From an uncultured delta proteobacterium (GTDB lineage Bacteria > Myxococcota_A > Polyangia > Haliangiales > Haliangiaceae): a stretch of DNA of 64,000 bases. Below the pieces are notes generated by a model, which did not search any database, was not told where the DNA came from, and saw only the letters and a list, made by a program, of their open reading frames with translations. The stretch is taken from contig CAWKDB010000010.1 of assembly GCA_963848295.1 (NCBI GenBank), positions 3,872,001 to 3,936,000 of the forward strand. Reading direction: 5' to 3'. Below, in pieces: positions 21,747 to 32,026 of the stretch (positions are counted from its first letter, which is position 1; each line of letters opens with the position of its first letter). The position numbers were made by a program, and so were the translations under genes.

Positions 21747-22466
21747 TCAGTCGTCGCGGAGTAGGCGGCGAGCGGCTTCGCGCACCGCGGCACTGTAGGC
21801 AGTTTGCAGTGTCGCGAGCTTGAGCTCCGCCTTGGGCATCACGCGCAAGATGCGCAGGATCTGATCGGCGCCGAGCCGCGGGTTCGTGAGCAGCGCGCGG
21901 CGGACCTCGCCGATCTGCAGCCAGCCGCCGTTGTTGACGATCTGCTCGACGAGGATCTTGGGCAGCTGACCCATCCTCGCGATCCGCGCGACCTCGGGCC
22001 CGGTGATCCGCGGGTTGCGCAGCAGGCCCTCCCACACCGTCTTGCCGTAGATCCGCTCGAGCACGATCCGCTCGCTCGCCTCGCCGGTGTGCGCCATCTT
22101 GACCTGTTGAGCGAGCGTGAGGCCGCGCAATCGCTCGTGGACGTTGAGCGCGATCTTGCGCTCCGCATCCGTCTGCTCCGGCTCGGGCTCCTCGGCCTCG
22201 GGCTTCGTCGGCAGCACGATCGCGGCGAGCTCGGCGATCCTCTGCTTGTGCTCGGCGTCGCACTCGAGCTGTAAGCCCGCGCCGTTCGCATCGACGTAGA
22301 CCACGCGCGCCGGGACGCGCAGCTCGTCGCCCGCGCCGGTGACCACGAGGTCGCAATCGGTGTTGAGCGCGATCGCGGCGCCGGGCACGAACACGCCGCC
22401 GGCGACGAGGTCGCGCGCGAGCTCGTGGTGACCCGCGAGATCGAGCATCACGACCGGCCGAGCCAT
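21747..22466 (-). CDS. Hypothetical protein with PilZ-like N-terminus
   Basis: DLVAGGVFV, ARVVYV, GAGLQL; helical C-terminus with LLRNP/LLTNP. Confidence 0.7.
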   Translation of the reverse strand: MARPVVMLDLAGHHELARDLVAGGVFVPGAAIALNTDCDLVVTGAGDELRVPARVVYVDANGAGLQLECDAEHKQRIAELAAIVLPTKPEAEEPEPEQTDAERKIALNVHERLRGLTLAQQVKMAHTGEASERIVLERIYGKTVWEGLLRNPRITGPEVARIARMGQLPKILVEQIVNNGGWLQIGEVRRALLTNPRLGADQILRILRVMPKAELKLATLQTAYSAAVREAARRLLRDD

Positions 22467-22484
22467 GCTCGACCATTGTACGCG

Positions 22485-23636
22485 TTACTCGATGAGGATG
22501 CGCTGTGCGACCGAGGCGCCGGGACCGCTCGGTGCGTCGTCGAGGTACTGGCGCGCGACCTGCCGGCAGCGATCGTCGATCGCGGCGAGACAGCGGATGC
22601 GTAGCCGCAGCCACAAGCCGAGGGCGTACTGGGCACCGCCACGGCGTTCGACGACGCTGTCCAGCGTGTGATCGGCTTCGGCGTCGCGGCCGAGCTTCAA
22701 GTGCTGCACGACCGCCATGCTGTAGAGGTTCTCTCGCTTCACGCCGTAGTCGTCACTATGCGCGACGTTGCCGACGTAGAAGCTGATCGCGGCTTGCGGG
22801 TCAGTCGTGGGGGCATCGATGACGACGTTGACCGGTACTTGACGAATCGCCGCCTTGAGATCGCCGTACGTCATCGTGTGCGCCGGATCGATCGGCCGCT
22901 TCGCCGCGGAGCCGGTCGTCGCGTTGTCGTTCGGCGGATGCGCGCTCGGATGCGCCGCGGGGTCGGGTACCGCCGCATGATGATCGCGCAACGATGGATC
23001 GTCGACCTCGATCGGCGAGGTCGGCGTCGGCCCGGCGAGCGCGATCAATCCGCCGGTCGAGCTCCATTCGTTGCCGGCCGCGACCTTCGCGACGTCGCTC
23101 GCGCGCTCGACCCGCACGATGCCCTCGGCGACGCGCACGACGACGCGGTTCTTGCCGTCGTACTCGACCGAGAACTTCGTGCCGACGACGACGACGTGGG
23201 TATCGCCGGCGTGGACCTCGAATCGTGGGCGACCGTGACGCTTCGCGACTGACAAGCTGACCTTGCCGAGCGCGAGCTCGACCGTGACGCCGCCGTCGGG
23301 CCGCACGACCTCGAAGTGCGTCGCGGGATCGCTCGTGATCGTCGCGTCGCCGATGTCGAGCGTCGAGTGCTGCGCGTCGGTCGACACCGCGACGGTGTGC
23401 GCGCCGATCGTCACCGGCGTGCTCGCGATGGTCGTCGCGGCACCGGGATGCAGCGCGTAACCGACGACGCCAGCCGCGACCACAGCGAGCGCAGCGGCGG
23501 AGAACGCGAACAAGCGACGCGGTGACCGATGCGACAGCTGCGCGCGTTCAGCGGCGCCGGTGACGATGTTGCGTTCGATGCGAACGAGTCGATCGTCGTC
23601 GAGTGGCTCGACCGGGATGCGCCCTTGCAACTTCAC
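22485..23636 (-). CDS. FecR-domain anti-sigma factor
   Basis: TM helix, VVVGTKFSV, VAEGIVRV; GTGA overlap with ECF sigma. Confidence 0.85.
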   Translation of the reverse strand: MKLQGRIPVEPLDDDRLVRIERNIVTGAAERAQLSHRSPRRLFAFSAAALAVVAAGVVGYALHPGAATTIASTPVTIGAHTVAVSTDAQHSTLDIGDATITSDPATHFEVVRPDGGVTVELALGKVSLSVAKRHGRPRFEVHAGDTHVVVVGTKFSVEYDGKNRVVVRVAEGIVRVERASDVAKVAAGNEWSSTGGLIALAGPTPTSPIEVDDPSLRDHHAAVPDPAAHPSAHPPNDNATTGSAAKRPIDPAHTMTYGDLKAAIRQVPVNVVIDAPTTDPQAAISFYVGNVAHSDDYGVKRENLYSMAVVQHLKLGRDAEADHTLDSVVERRGGAQYALGLWLRLRIRCLAAIDDRCRQVARQYLDDAPSGPGASVAQRILIE

Positions 23637-24247
23637 GTGGCCTCCTGGGTCGAACGCGCCGCGGCTGGATCGAGGAACTCGCCGAGCACCGGGTCGGCCG
23701 CCGCCGCGAGCTCGATCTTCTTGCGGGCGCGCCACACCCGCAGCTTCGTCGCAGTCACCGACGACCCGACGAGCTCGGCGACCTCCGACAGCGGGCGGCC
23801 ATCGATCTCGTGCAACGTGAACGCGAGCCGCGCCGCCGGCGACAATTCTTCGAGCGCCGCGTAGAGCCGCTTGATGCCATCGCGCGCGAGCTGGCGGTTC
23901 GCACCGGGCCCTTCGGCTGGCGAAGGTGCGTCAGCGTCCTCGGTCAGGGGATCGGTCTGGACGCGCCGGCCGCGCTGCGACAAGTAGCGATATGCTGCAC
24001 GCACCGCTACGCGATCGATCCACGTCGCGAGGCTCGCCTCCGCGCGCCAACCGCGCAGCGATTGGAACACCTGGAGAAATGCCTCTTGGAGTAAGTCGTC
24101 CATGTCGCGATTGGTGCCGAGCACGCGATACAAGCTCGCGTGGACGCGACCGCGGTGGCGTCGAAACAGCTCGCGCGTAGCGGCGGGCTCGCCGGTCAGA
24201 CACCGGTCCACCAACAACACGTCATCGACGTACGCCGCAGCCGTCAC
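23633..24247 (-). CDS. ECF sigma-70 factor
   Basis: DDLLQEAFLQVF, SLATWIDR, region 4 TKLRVWRAR. Confidence 0.92.
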   Translation of the reverse strand: MTAAAYVDDVLLVDRCLTGEPAATRELFRRHRGRVHASLYRVLGTNRDMDDLLQEAFLQVFQSLRGWRAEASLATWIDRVAVRAAYRYLSQRGRRVQTDPLTEDADAPSPAEGPGANRQLARDGIKRLYAALEELSPAARLAFTLHEIDGRPLSEVAELVGSSVTATKLRVWRARKKIELAAAADPVLGEFLDPAAARSTQEAT

Positions 24248-24320
24248 GCCACTACATCGTGCACGACAACCGGCCCGCGGTTACAGCTCGCGACGTCGGT
24301 CGGGCGCTCCGCCGGCCTTC

Positions 24321-24411
24321 CGGTTGACAAAGTGAACACCGTCCCCAGTTAACGCCCTAATTTCTTTGGCTTTCGCTTCGGCTGGCGGTTGACAGAGTGA
24401 ACACCGTCCCC
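24321..24411. repeat. 26-bp direct repeat pair (24321-24346, 24386-24411)
   Basis: CGGTTGACA(A/G)AGTGAACACCGTCCCC, one mismatch. Confidence 0.9.
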
Positions 24412-25029
24412 GTCGAGCGGACCTGGGCAGATGTCTCGTAGCTTGCACGCCCGACACTCACCCCCAGTCCAAACTTGCTCGTACATGGCCTGGAGCTGGT
24501 CGAGCAGCGGGCCGTCGTCGGTGACGATGCCGATCTCGAAGTTGCGGCGGCCGCTGCCTTTGGCGCCGAGGCCGGCACCGGTCCAGTTCGCGCTGCCGAG
24601 GTAGACGAGCTCGCCATCGACGATGACGAGCTTCATGTGGACGCGCGGACAGCGGCGCAATGCGAGGCCGCCATCGCCGAGGAGGCGAGGGTGGCGTTGC
24701 AGCTCGCGGCGGAATGGGCCGGATGGGAGCTCGGCGTGGAGGATGCGGAGCTCGACGCCGCGGCGCGCGAGCTCGTCGAGTTGAGCGAGCACCGAGACGT
24801 AGCGGCCAGAGCCAGAGGACGATCGCATCGTGCGGCGCCGGCCCGGTACCGCACGCGCGTCTTCGACCATCAGCTCTTTCGTGTTCGCGGTCGCGATCCA
24901 CACGCTGACCTTCGCGGCGAGCACCGCCGCGATCACGCGTTCGTAGTGCGCGCGGCCGGCGACGAGCTCGAGCGCGACTTCGCGCGCCGGCTGGTGAACG
25001 TCGAGCGGGCTGGCGTGGCGCTCGCTCAC
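24349..25029 (-). CDS. Phospholipase D/nuclease family protein (single HKD)
   Basis: HMKLVIVD......GSAN, NFEIG; C-terminal CRAC....IC. Confidence 0.85.
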   Translation of the reverse strand: MSERHASPLDVHQPAREVALELVAGRAHYERVIAAVLAAKVSVWIATANTKELMVEDARAVPGRRRTMRSSSGSGRYVSVLAQLDELARRGVELRILHAELPSGPFRRELQRHPRLLGDGGLALRRCPRVHMKLVIVDGELVYLGSANWTGAGLGAKGSGRRNFEIGIVTDDGPLLDQLQAMYEQVWTGGECRACKLRDICPGPLDGDGVHSVNRQPKRKPKKLGR

Positions 25030-25835
25030 GAAGCGCCGAGGATCGAGGGCGTCGACACGCAGTGTCCGCCGTCGACGACGAGCACGTGACCGCTGACGTA
25101 GGCCGCGGCGGGCGAGCGCAGGTAGACCGCGGCGGCGGCGATCTCGTCGATCGTGCCGAATCGACCCACCGGGATCGCCGCGCCGAGCTTGGTCGTGAAG
25201 TCGCCCGGTGGCGCGAGCCGGCGCATGCCTTCGGTGTCGCCGATCGGACCCGGTGCGATCGCGCACGCGCGGATTCCGAACCCGCCCCACTCGACCGCGA
25301 GGTTGCGCGTCAACGCATCGACGCCGGCCTTCGCCGCGGCGGCGTGCGCTTGCAACGGCGTGCCGTGGTAGTGCAGCGTCGCGCTGATGTTGAGCACGAG
25401 GCCGGTGCCGCTCGAGCACAGCGACTCGAACGCGGCCCGTGACGCCAAGAATGTGCCGTTGAGATCGATGTCGATCACGGTGCGAAACGCGTTCGGCGAC
25501 AGCGACGCAACCGGCGCGAGGAAGTTTCCGGCGGCGCCGTTGACCAGCGTGTCGAGCTTGCCGAACTTCGCGACGCACGCCGCGACCGCGCGCGCGATCG
25601 CGTCCGGATCTCGGACATCGGCCGCGACTGCGAGGACCTCGCGCCCGGTCTCGGCGCCGAGCTCGGCGGCGGTCTTGTCGAGCACGTCTTGCTTGCGACT
25701 GACGATGCAGACGTCGGCGCCGAACCGCGCGTAGGCATGTGCGATACCGCGGCAGATGCCGGTACCGCCGCCGGTAATCAGCGCGACCCGGCCGGCGAGC
25801 ACACCGTCGCGAAACACGTCGAGGGGACCAGTCAT
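25026..25835 (-). CDS. SDR oxidoreductase, 2,4-dienoyl-CoA reductase-like
   Basis: TGGGTGIC, NGAAGNF, LSPNAFRTVIDIDLNGTF, APGPI. Confidence 0.92.
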   Translation of the reverse strand: MTGPLDVFRDGVLAGRVALITGGGTGICRGIAHAYARFGADVCIVSRKQDVLDKTAAELGAETGREVLAVAADVRDPDAIARAVAACVAKFGKLDTLVNGAAGNFLAPVASLSPNAFRTVIDIDLNGTFLASRAAFESLCSSGTGLVLNISATLHYHGTPLQAHAAAAKAGVDALTRNLAVEWGGFGIRACAIAPGPIGDTEGMRRLAPPGDFTTKLGAAIPVGRFGTIDEIAAAAVYLRSPAAAYVSGHVLVVDGGHCVSTPSILGAS

Positions 25836-25986
25836 TCGGGGATCTTGCACGTCCGTGCAGAAATCTGAAACCGCGGGCGAGGGTCGTTGTCTATCTCTGC
25901 GAACACCGACGGCGCCGCTGCAATCCCGCAGCGCAGCGACAGGTGTCCGGGCGCGCCGCGCGTCCGGTTTCCACTGGAGTCTTGCC

Positions 25987-26361
25987 ATGCGATCCACTCA
26001 TTGGGCGCGCTGGGCGACCTGCGCCCTCGCCATCACGATTCTCGCTCCTGTTGCGTTCGCCGATCGCGGCGGCAAGAAGTCGCTGTCGGAGTGCACCGCG
26101 TTCGACCAGGCCGACAAGGGCGACTCGCAAGTCGAGTTCACCGTCCACAACAGCTGCACGATCCCGGTCGACTGCTCGATCTCGTGGCGCGTCGTGTGCG
26201 CCCCCGAGTCGCGCAAGCGCCGCGCCGTCCACCCCGGCTCGATGAAGCTCGCCCTGACCGAAGCGTCGATGCAGAGCACCGCTGCGTCGGCGTCGGTGTG
26301 CGGCGACGACTCGTGGGCGATCGATCAAGTCGTGTGGAACTGCAGCCCGAACAAGGACTGA
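25987..26361 (+). CDS. Hypothetical secreted Cys-rich protein
   Basis: Signal peptide ending VAFA, six mature Cys. Confidence 0.75.
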   Translation: MRSTHWARWATCALAITILAPVAFADRGGKKSLSECTAFDQADKGDSQVEFTVHNSCTIPVDCSISWRVVCAPESRKRRAVHPGSMKLALTEASMQSTAASASVCGDDSWAIDQVVWNCSPNKD

Positions 26362-26579
26362 CCGTGAAATCGACGGGTTGCGGGTGCGACCCCGTCCGAG
26401 TTGCACATTCAGCACCACGTTAGATCGCCCGAGCCGTTCCCGCGTTTGTACCTGCGAGAACAAGCCCCGAGCTGAAAGCCAGATCGAGTCGGCGCCCGAA
26501 CAGGCGCCAAGTGCCCGATCTCGCTCACCTCGCGCCTTGGTCTCTCGACTGGTACACGTAGTATAAGGAACCCGGGCTC

Positions 26580-28142
26580 ATGGCCGATAACCTCGACATC
26601 GACGCGCTGCTGATCGGCGCCCTCTACGGCGAGCTCACGCCCGCCGACGAGGCCCGGCTGTCAGCGCACCTCGAGTCGCACCCGGCGGACCGCTCGGCGC
26701 TCGATGATCTGACCCGCGCTCGGGCCGCTGTCCGCGATAGCCAGATCTTCGCGGCCCAGCTCGAGCCGCCGCAAGCGGTGTCGGCGCGGTTGCTCCAAGA
26801 GGCCGCACGCCGGGCGCCGAAACGCGTCACGCGTCGCGACGGCAGCACCGAAACCGAAGGCTGGTTCGCTCGGTTTGTCCGCACGTTCGCCTCGCATCCT
26901 GCTGTTGCCGCGGCGGCGATGCTCGTCGTCGTGATCGGCGTCGCCGGTACGATCTACCTCCGCAACGGCGACCCGTACGTCGACAAGGTCGCGCCCGCAG
27001 AGTCACGACAGGAGTCGACCGCGGACAGAGCCGGGCCGACCGAGGCCGCGACTGCGCGTCGCGCAACCGACCCGTCTAATCCCGAAGGTGCAACGAAAGT
27101 AGCGGATCAGCCGCAGGTGGCAGCGACGGCGCCCACCAACGAGCAAGCCGATAAGCTCGACGCGGAGAAAGCGCAACTCGGTCAGGTCGGCTCGGCGACC
27201 GCGTACGACGTGAAGCTCGAGAAGAGTCTCGATGGCCACGGCGGCGCCAAGGGCCGAGCGATCTCGGCCGGGCCGACGGGCACTGTCCAGAAAGATGGGT
27301 TCGTCGACCTCGGCGGCCCCACCGGCGGCTCGACAGCTGGCGATGCGTTTCGCCATGCTGCACCGGCGCATGCCGCGAGCGCGAAGCCGGCGCGTGCGCT
27401 AGAGGTCGACCACTACGATCCGTCGCCGAAAGAGCTCGGCGATATCGATCGGACGGACGACGCCTCCGCAGCGAAGGCCAACGGGGGTGCGCCGCGCGAC
27501 GGCGTGCCGCAACGCCAGCAGACCGGCAACGCTGGTGGCCCCGATACCACGGCGCGGTTCGCCAGCGGTGCGACGTTCGACGAAGAGAAGCCGACCACGC
27601 CGGCGCCGATCGTGGCGACGCCGCGGGCGAGCGTGAGCGCCGTCGCCTCGGGTGCACCCGCGGCTGCGCCGCCGCCGTCCGCCACCGCGCAGCATGCAGC
27701 GATCTCCGCGAAAGCCGCGCCGCCGAAAGCCGCTTACAAGACCGAGACCAAAACGATCGCGAAGAACGAGCCCGGTTCCGGTGGCGCGCCCGCTCAAGCG
27801 CCGCGCGCCGACACCAGCAAAGACAAGAAGTCGGCCGACGACGCTCGCGCGCCCGACGCAAAGAAACCCGCGCCGGTCGACGACAAGCTCATCGCGTGGG
27901 CGAAGAGCCGCCACGCCGCGGCGCAAGGCCTCGCGAAAGACGGCAAGTGCCAAGACGTCGGGGCGATCATCGCCGATGTCGCGCAGCGCGCACCGGACTA
28001 CTACAACCAGTTCGTCGCGACCGATCGGTCGTTGAAGCAATGCCAGGCGTATATCGCCGCCGAGCGCGAGAGGAACGCCGACAAGGCGAGCAAGTCGCGC
28101 GCGAAGGCTGCGGCTCCCGCCGCCAGCGAAGACATGCACTGA
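26580..28142 (+). CDS. Anti-sigma factor-like membrane protein
   Basis: LIGALYGEL...HLESH zf-HC2-like N-terminus lacking Cys, TM helix, low-complexity tail. Confidence 0.7.
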   Translation: MADNLDIDALLIGALYGELTPADEARLSAHLESHPADRSALDDLTRARAAVRDSQIFAAQLEPPQAVSARLLQEAARRAPKRVTRRDGSTETEGWFARFVRTFASHPAVAAAAMLVVVIGVAGTIYLRNGDPYVDKVAPAESRQESTADRAGPTEAATARRATDPSNPEGATKVADQPQVAATAPTNEQADKLDAEKAQLGQVGSATAYDVKLEKSLDGHGGAKGRAISAGPTGTVQKDGFVDLGGPTGGSTAGDAFRHAAPAHAASAKPARALEVDHYDPSPKELGDIDRTDDASAAKANGGAPRDGVPQRQQTGNAGGPDTTARFASGATFDEEKPTTPAPIVATPRASVSAVASGAPAAAPPPSATAQHAAISAKAAPPKAAYKTETKTIAKNEPGSGGAPAQAPRADTSKDKKSADDARAPDAKKPAPVDDKLIAWAKSRHAAAQGLAKDGKCQDVGAIIADVAQRAPDYYNQFVATDRSLKQCQAYIAAERERNADKASKSRAKAAAPAASEDMH

Positions 28143-28170
28143 GCGCTCGAAGCCACGGGACGCCGGAACT

Positions 28171-29253
28171 CTAGGTCCGCGGTCGCAGCCACTGGGCGAT
28201 CACGGGCGGCGCGACTCGCAGCGCGCTGTCCGAGGGCGGCGGCAGGACCGCGGTCGATTTCGTCGCCCAGAACAACAGCGGCTCGATACCGCGCGCGTGC
28301 AAGCGCGGCAACGCCGCCGCGGCCTTCGCCGAATAGACGCCGTCGAGCCGCGGTGCATTCGGCGAGCTGCGCTGCGCGGCGAGCGCGTCAGCGGCGCGCG
28401 GTGTCAGCCTGCCGTAACCGGCGCCGAGCTCGCGGCCGTCGACGACCAGCCCGTCGAGCAGTGCGCGCATGCTCGCACCGACTGCGGGACCGCCGAGCTT
28501 CTCGATGCGCGCGAGCGTCGCAGCCGCGAGCACGGCGATGCCGAGCTTCGAGGTCACGGGCCACGGCGTCACACGCACGGCATGGACGATCGGCAGCGGC
28601 CAGCGCCACATTCCGATCGCGCGCGCGAGCTGCAATCCCGCGAGTAAGCCCGCGGTCGTGCACGTACTGCCGACCGCGACGACGATCCGGACCGGCGGCG
28701 GCGCGACCTTCGCCGCGAGCTGTTCGGCGAGCTCGAGCACGGCCGACACCGCGCCGAGCGTCCCGATCGTCGAGGCTCCGCCGGGCGGCATCACGAGCGC
28801 GCGCCCGCCGCGGTCGCCGATCAAGCGTTCGCGGGCGGCGACGGCGAGGCCGACGAACGGAATCTCGACGACCGATCGCAACCTCACGATCGCGCACCCG
28901 CTCGCGATCAGCGCGCCGGCGTTCTCGATCGCCCACTCGCTCGCAGGCTGCGGAAACACGATCGCCCCGGCATCGAGGCCGATCGCCCGCGCGTGCAGCA
29001 CCGTCGCGATCGCATGGTTCGATCCGTAGGCGCCGATCGCCCACAGCTTGCGCGCGCCGGCTGCCTGCGCGTGCCCGAGCCACGCTTCGAGCGTGCGGAC
29101 CTTGTTGCCGCCGTAGCGCCCGCTGGAGTCGCCCTCGCGCTTGACCCACACGGGGGCGCCGCCGAGCGCGACCGGATCGAGCGGCGTCGGCCAGTCTCCG
29201 AGCGTCACCCACGGCACGCGCAGCCCCGGCAGATGGCGGGCAAGCGAGCTCAA
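28171..29253 (-). CDS. PLP enzyme, D-cysteine desulfhydrase/ACC deaminase family (start uncertain)
   Basis: WPTPL, WVKRE, YGGNKVRTLE, GSNH, LDGVYSAKA. Confidence 0.85.
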   Translation of the reverse strand: MSSLARHLPGLRVPWVTLGDWPTPLDPVALGGAPVWVKREGDSSGRYGGNKVRTLEAWLGHAQAAGARKLWAIGAYGSNHAIATVLHARAIGLDAGAIVFPQPASEWAIENAGALIASGCAIVRLRSVVEIPFVGLAVAARERLIGDRGGRALVMPPGGASTIGTLGAVSAVLELAEQLAAKVAPPPVRIVVAVGSTCTTAGLLAGLQLARAIGMWRWPLPIVHAVRVTPWPVTSKLGIAVLAAATLARIEKLGGPAVGASMRALLDGLVVDGRELGAGYGRLTPRAADALAAQRSSPNAPRLDGVYSAKAAAALPRLHARGIEPLLFWATKSTAVLPPPSDSALRVAPPVIAQWLRPRT

Positions 29254-29264
29254 CCGGGCACTAC

Positions 29265-29537
29265 CTAGTGCTTTTCGGGCACGTAGTCGGGCGGCGTGAC
29301 GCCACCGTCGCCGAACAGGAACGCCTCGCACTGCTCTTTGAGCACGTCATGGGCCTTCTTCTGGGTCAGATCGAGCCGGTACTCGTTCACGATCTTCTTG
29401 CTGTGCTCGATCCACTGTTGCCACGCTTCGGCCGAGACCGACTCGTAGATCCGGGCTCCGAGCGCGTCGTTGAACGGCTTGTATGGCAGTCCGGGCAAGG
29501 ACTGATGGAGCTTCGCGCAGTTGACCATTCGACTCAT
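29265..29537 (-). CDS. yggX: Fe(II)-trafficking / oxidative damage protection protein
   Basis: MSRMVNCAKL, LGARIYESVSAEAWQQW, VNEYRL. Confidence 0.93.
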   Translation of the reverse strand: MSRMVNCAKLHQSLPGLPYKPFNDALGARIYESVSAEAWQQWIEHSKKIVNEYRLDLTQKKAHDVLKEQCEAFLFGDGGVTPPDYVPEKH

Positions 29538-29657
29538 CGCGCGCATTCGACCACACCCACCTGCATGGAGCAACGGGCAACCCCTGGCGCCAGGGACGGG
29601 TCATAGCGCGCGGCCACTGCCCTGCTATGCCGTGCTATCAACGTCCAAAGGCCGGAC

Positions 29658-30386
29658 ATGGATGAATCGATCTGGGATTGGATGAACCACGGCTTCGGCT
29701 CCATGTGGGTCGTCGTCGGGTTCTCGATGATCGCGTTTGCGGTGGTCCTGGACCGGCTGTTCGCGAGCTGGAAGTTCATTCCGCGCGCCCGTGCGCTCGG
29801 CGATGTCGTGACCCGGTGCCTATCGCGCGGCGCGGTCGAAGAGGCGCGGTCGCAGTGTGAGCGATCGAAGTCGCCGATCGCCGACGTGTTCCTGGTGGGG
29901 TTCGAGCGGAGTGGCCGCGCGAAGCCCGAGCATGTCGCGACCGCGGTCAATCGCGAACGTCTGCGCGTCAACCAAGATCTGCGCGCGCGGTTGTGGATGC
30001 TCGGTACGGTCGGCGCGACCGCTCCGTTCGTCGGCCTGTTCGGCACCGTCGTCGGCATCATGAGCGCGATGCACGGGTTCAAGGGCGACGAGACCGTCAA
30101 GTTCAGCGAGGTGTCGGGCCCGATCTCCGGCGCGTTGATCGTCACCGCGGTCGGCATCCTGGTCGCCGTGCTCGCCGTGATCGAGTTCAACTTCTTCAGC
30201 CAGCGCGCGAACCGGATCGCGGTCGAGATGAAGCTCCTGACCGACGAGTTCCTCGAGCTCCTGCTCGAGCAGCCGAGCGATGCGCAACCGAGCCGCGGCA
30301 AGAAGCGCGACGCGGAGGCAGACGACGCCGAGCCCGTAAAGACGACCAAACGCAAAGGCGACGATGGCGATCGGGAAGCTGCCTGA
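29658..30386 (+). CDS. MotA/TolQ/ExbB proton channel protein
   Basis: APFVGLFGTVVGIM, ISGALIVTAVG. Confidence 0.92.
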   Translation: MDESIWDWMNHGFGSMWVVVGFSMIAFAVVLDRLFASWKFIPRARALGDVVTRCLSRGAVEEARSQCERSKSPIADVFLVGFERSGRAKPEHVATAVNRERLRVNQDLRARLWMLGTVGATAPFVGLFGTVVGIMSAMHGFKGDETVKFSEVSGPISGALIVTAVGILVAVLAVIEFNFFSQRANRIAVEMKLLTDEFLELLLEQPSDAQPSRGKKRDAEADDAEPVKTTKRKGDDGDREAA

Positions 30387-30861
30387 CTCCGACGCCGACG
30401 ATGTCGGCGAAGGCGAGTCGATCTTTGCGGAGATCAACATCACGCCGCTCACCGACGTGTTCCTCGTGCTCGTCATCATCTTCATGGTGAGCGCGCTCGC
30501 GGTCCAGGTCGAGCGCGAGCACGAGAAGCAGCATCAGGTCGACGAGCAAAAGCAGGTCCAGCAGGACCAGAAGTCCGGCCTCAGGATCACGCTACCGTCG
30601 GGCAAGGCTCAGGAGATCGATACCTCGAAGACGTCCATCGTCCTCGAGGTCCCGGTCAAAGGCGACGTCGCGATCGGCGGCAAGACGATCGCCGACGGCG
30701 ACGTCGACAACCTGTTCCAGGCCGCGTTCATTCGCGACAAGAACACGCAGGTCATCTTCAAGGGCGACAAGGCCGCTTCGTACGGACGCGTCGTCAACTT
30801 GATGGAGCGCGCGAAGGAAAAGGGCCTGGTCCACGTCGCGATCCAGACCTCCGGCGGTTAG
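30364..30861 (+). CDS. ExbD/TolR protein
   Basis: EINITPLTDVFLVLVIIFMV, GDK..SYG. Confidence 0.93.
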   Translation: MAIGKLPDSDADDVGEGESIFAEINITPLTDVFLVLVIIFMVSALAVQVEREHEKQHQVDEQKQVQQDQKSGLRITLPSGKAQEIDTSKTSIVLEVPVKGDVAIGGKTIADGDVDNLFQAAFIRDKNTQVIFKGDKAASYGRVVNLMERAKEKGLVHVAIQTSGG

Positions 30862-30940
30862 TCGACGAGGCGCAGCCCGGTCGCGAGCGCCGCCTTCACA
30901 CGCGCGGTCATTCGGTACGACTTGACAACGCTCGGCACGG

Positions 30941-32026
30941 TTACAACAACACGCCGCCACTCGGCACGCCGGCATCGGGCGGCGGAACCGGAACGACCGC
31001 ACTGCCTCCGTCGGGCTCGACCGGCAGCGCGGTGCCGAGTGGCACGGGCGTCGTGCCGGTGGTCAACGTCGGCGGCGTGGTCGCCGGCGTCGCGGGCGCG
31101 GCGTTCGGCCCGGCCTTGAGCTCGTCGGCGACGCGGCGGACAAACGTCGCCCAGGTCTCGGCGTCGCTGACTTGCAGGGGGTGCTGCGTGGCGGCGGTCT
31201 CGAACTGGGTCGCGGCGTCGACCAGCGCCGCGGTGACATCGCGCAGGCGGATCGACGCGCGCCAGTAATCGACGTCGCCGAGCAGGTGCTCGATCTCGTT
31301 GCGTTGAGTGCGGCGGCCCGGATCGCGGGCGAGCAGTAGCGCTTGGTGTAGCTCGTCGGAGGCGATATCGAGCGCGCTCGGTGGATCCTTGTCGCTCGTG
31401 CGCGCCGGCATCGCGCTGATCGCGCGCGCGGTGAGCAGCGCTTTGGCTTGCTCGACGATCGCGGTGAGATACCACTTGCCGAGCTCGTCCTCGCTTTCGG
31501 TCTCGCGCTCGGTGCATTCGGCGTTCGAAGGCAGCGGCACCGGTTTCCATTCGGCGCCGGTCAGCGGATGCGAGCCCCACGGCGGAAACGATCGACCTTG
31601 CTCTGCGCGCATGTGATCGGTGGCGCACGTCACGAGGTAGCGCCCCGAGTTCGCCCGGCCGAGGAACACGAGCGCGACGGCGATCAACCCGGCGACGACC
31701 GCGAGCGCCGACAGGACGACGGTGCGCCGACCGCGCTGCTCGGCGCGCGCTTGTTCGTCGACCGGCGGCAGGGTTGGCGGCCGGCGCCGAGTCGGCGCGC
31801 CCACCGCGGCGGCGATATCGCCCTCCTGATAGGCCGGCGGCAGGATGGGCGCGTCGTCCGGCGACATCGGCGGCGGCATCGGCGGAGCGCCATACGCGGC
31901 GATCGGGTCATAGCCGGGGGGCGGCGCGAGCTCGTGCGGCTCGTGTCCGTGCTCGTCCGACCGTCGCTGCGACTCCTCGATGGGCGGTTGCGGCGGCCCG
32001 CTGTCGTCTCCGCCGTCGGTGCTCAC
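30941..32026 (-). CDS. Hypothetical membrane protein
   Basis: Pro-rich N-terminus, single TM, overlaps GGDEF gene stop. Confidence 0.75.
   Translation of the reverse strand: MSTDGGDDSGPPQPPIEESQRRSDEHGHEPHELAPPPGYDPIAAYGAPPMPPPMSPDDAPILPPAYQEGDIAAAVGAPTRRRPPTLPPVDEQARAEQRGRRTVVLSALAVVAGLIAVALVFLGRANSGRYLVTCATDHMRAEQGRSFPPWGSHPLTGAEWKPVPLPSNAECTERETESEDELGKWYLTAIVEQAKALLTARAISAMPARTSDKDPPSALDIASDELHQALLLARDPGRRTQRNEIEHLLGDVDYWRASIRLRDVTAALVDAATQFETAATQHPLQVSDAETWATFVRRVADELKAGPNAAPATPATTPPTLTTGTTPVPLGTALPVEPDGGSAVVPVPPPDAGVPSGGVLL

Noticed and set aside
24349..25029. PLD nuclease as a defence system
   Set aside because: Coupled to a metabolic SDR gene with no helicase, methylase or other defence partner nearby.
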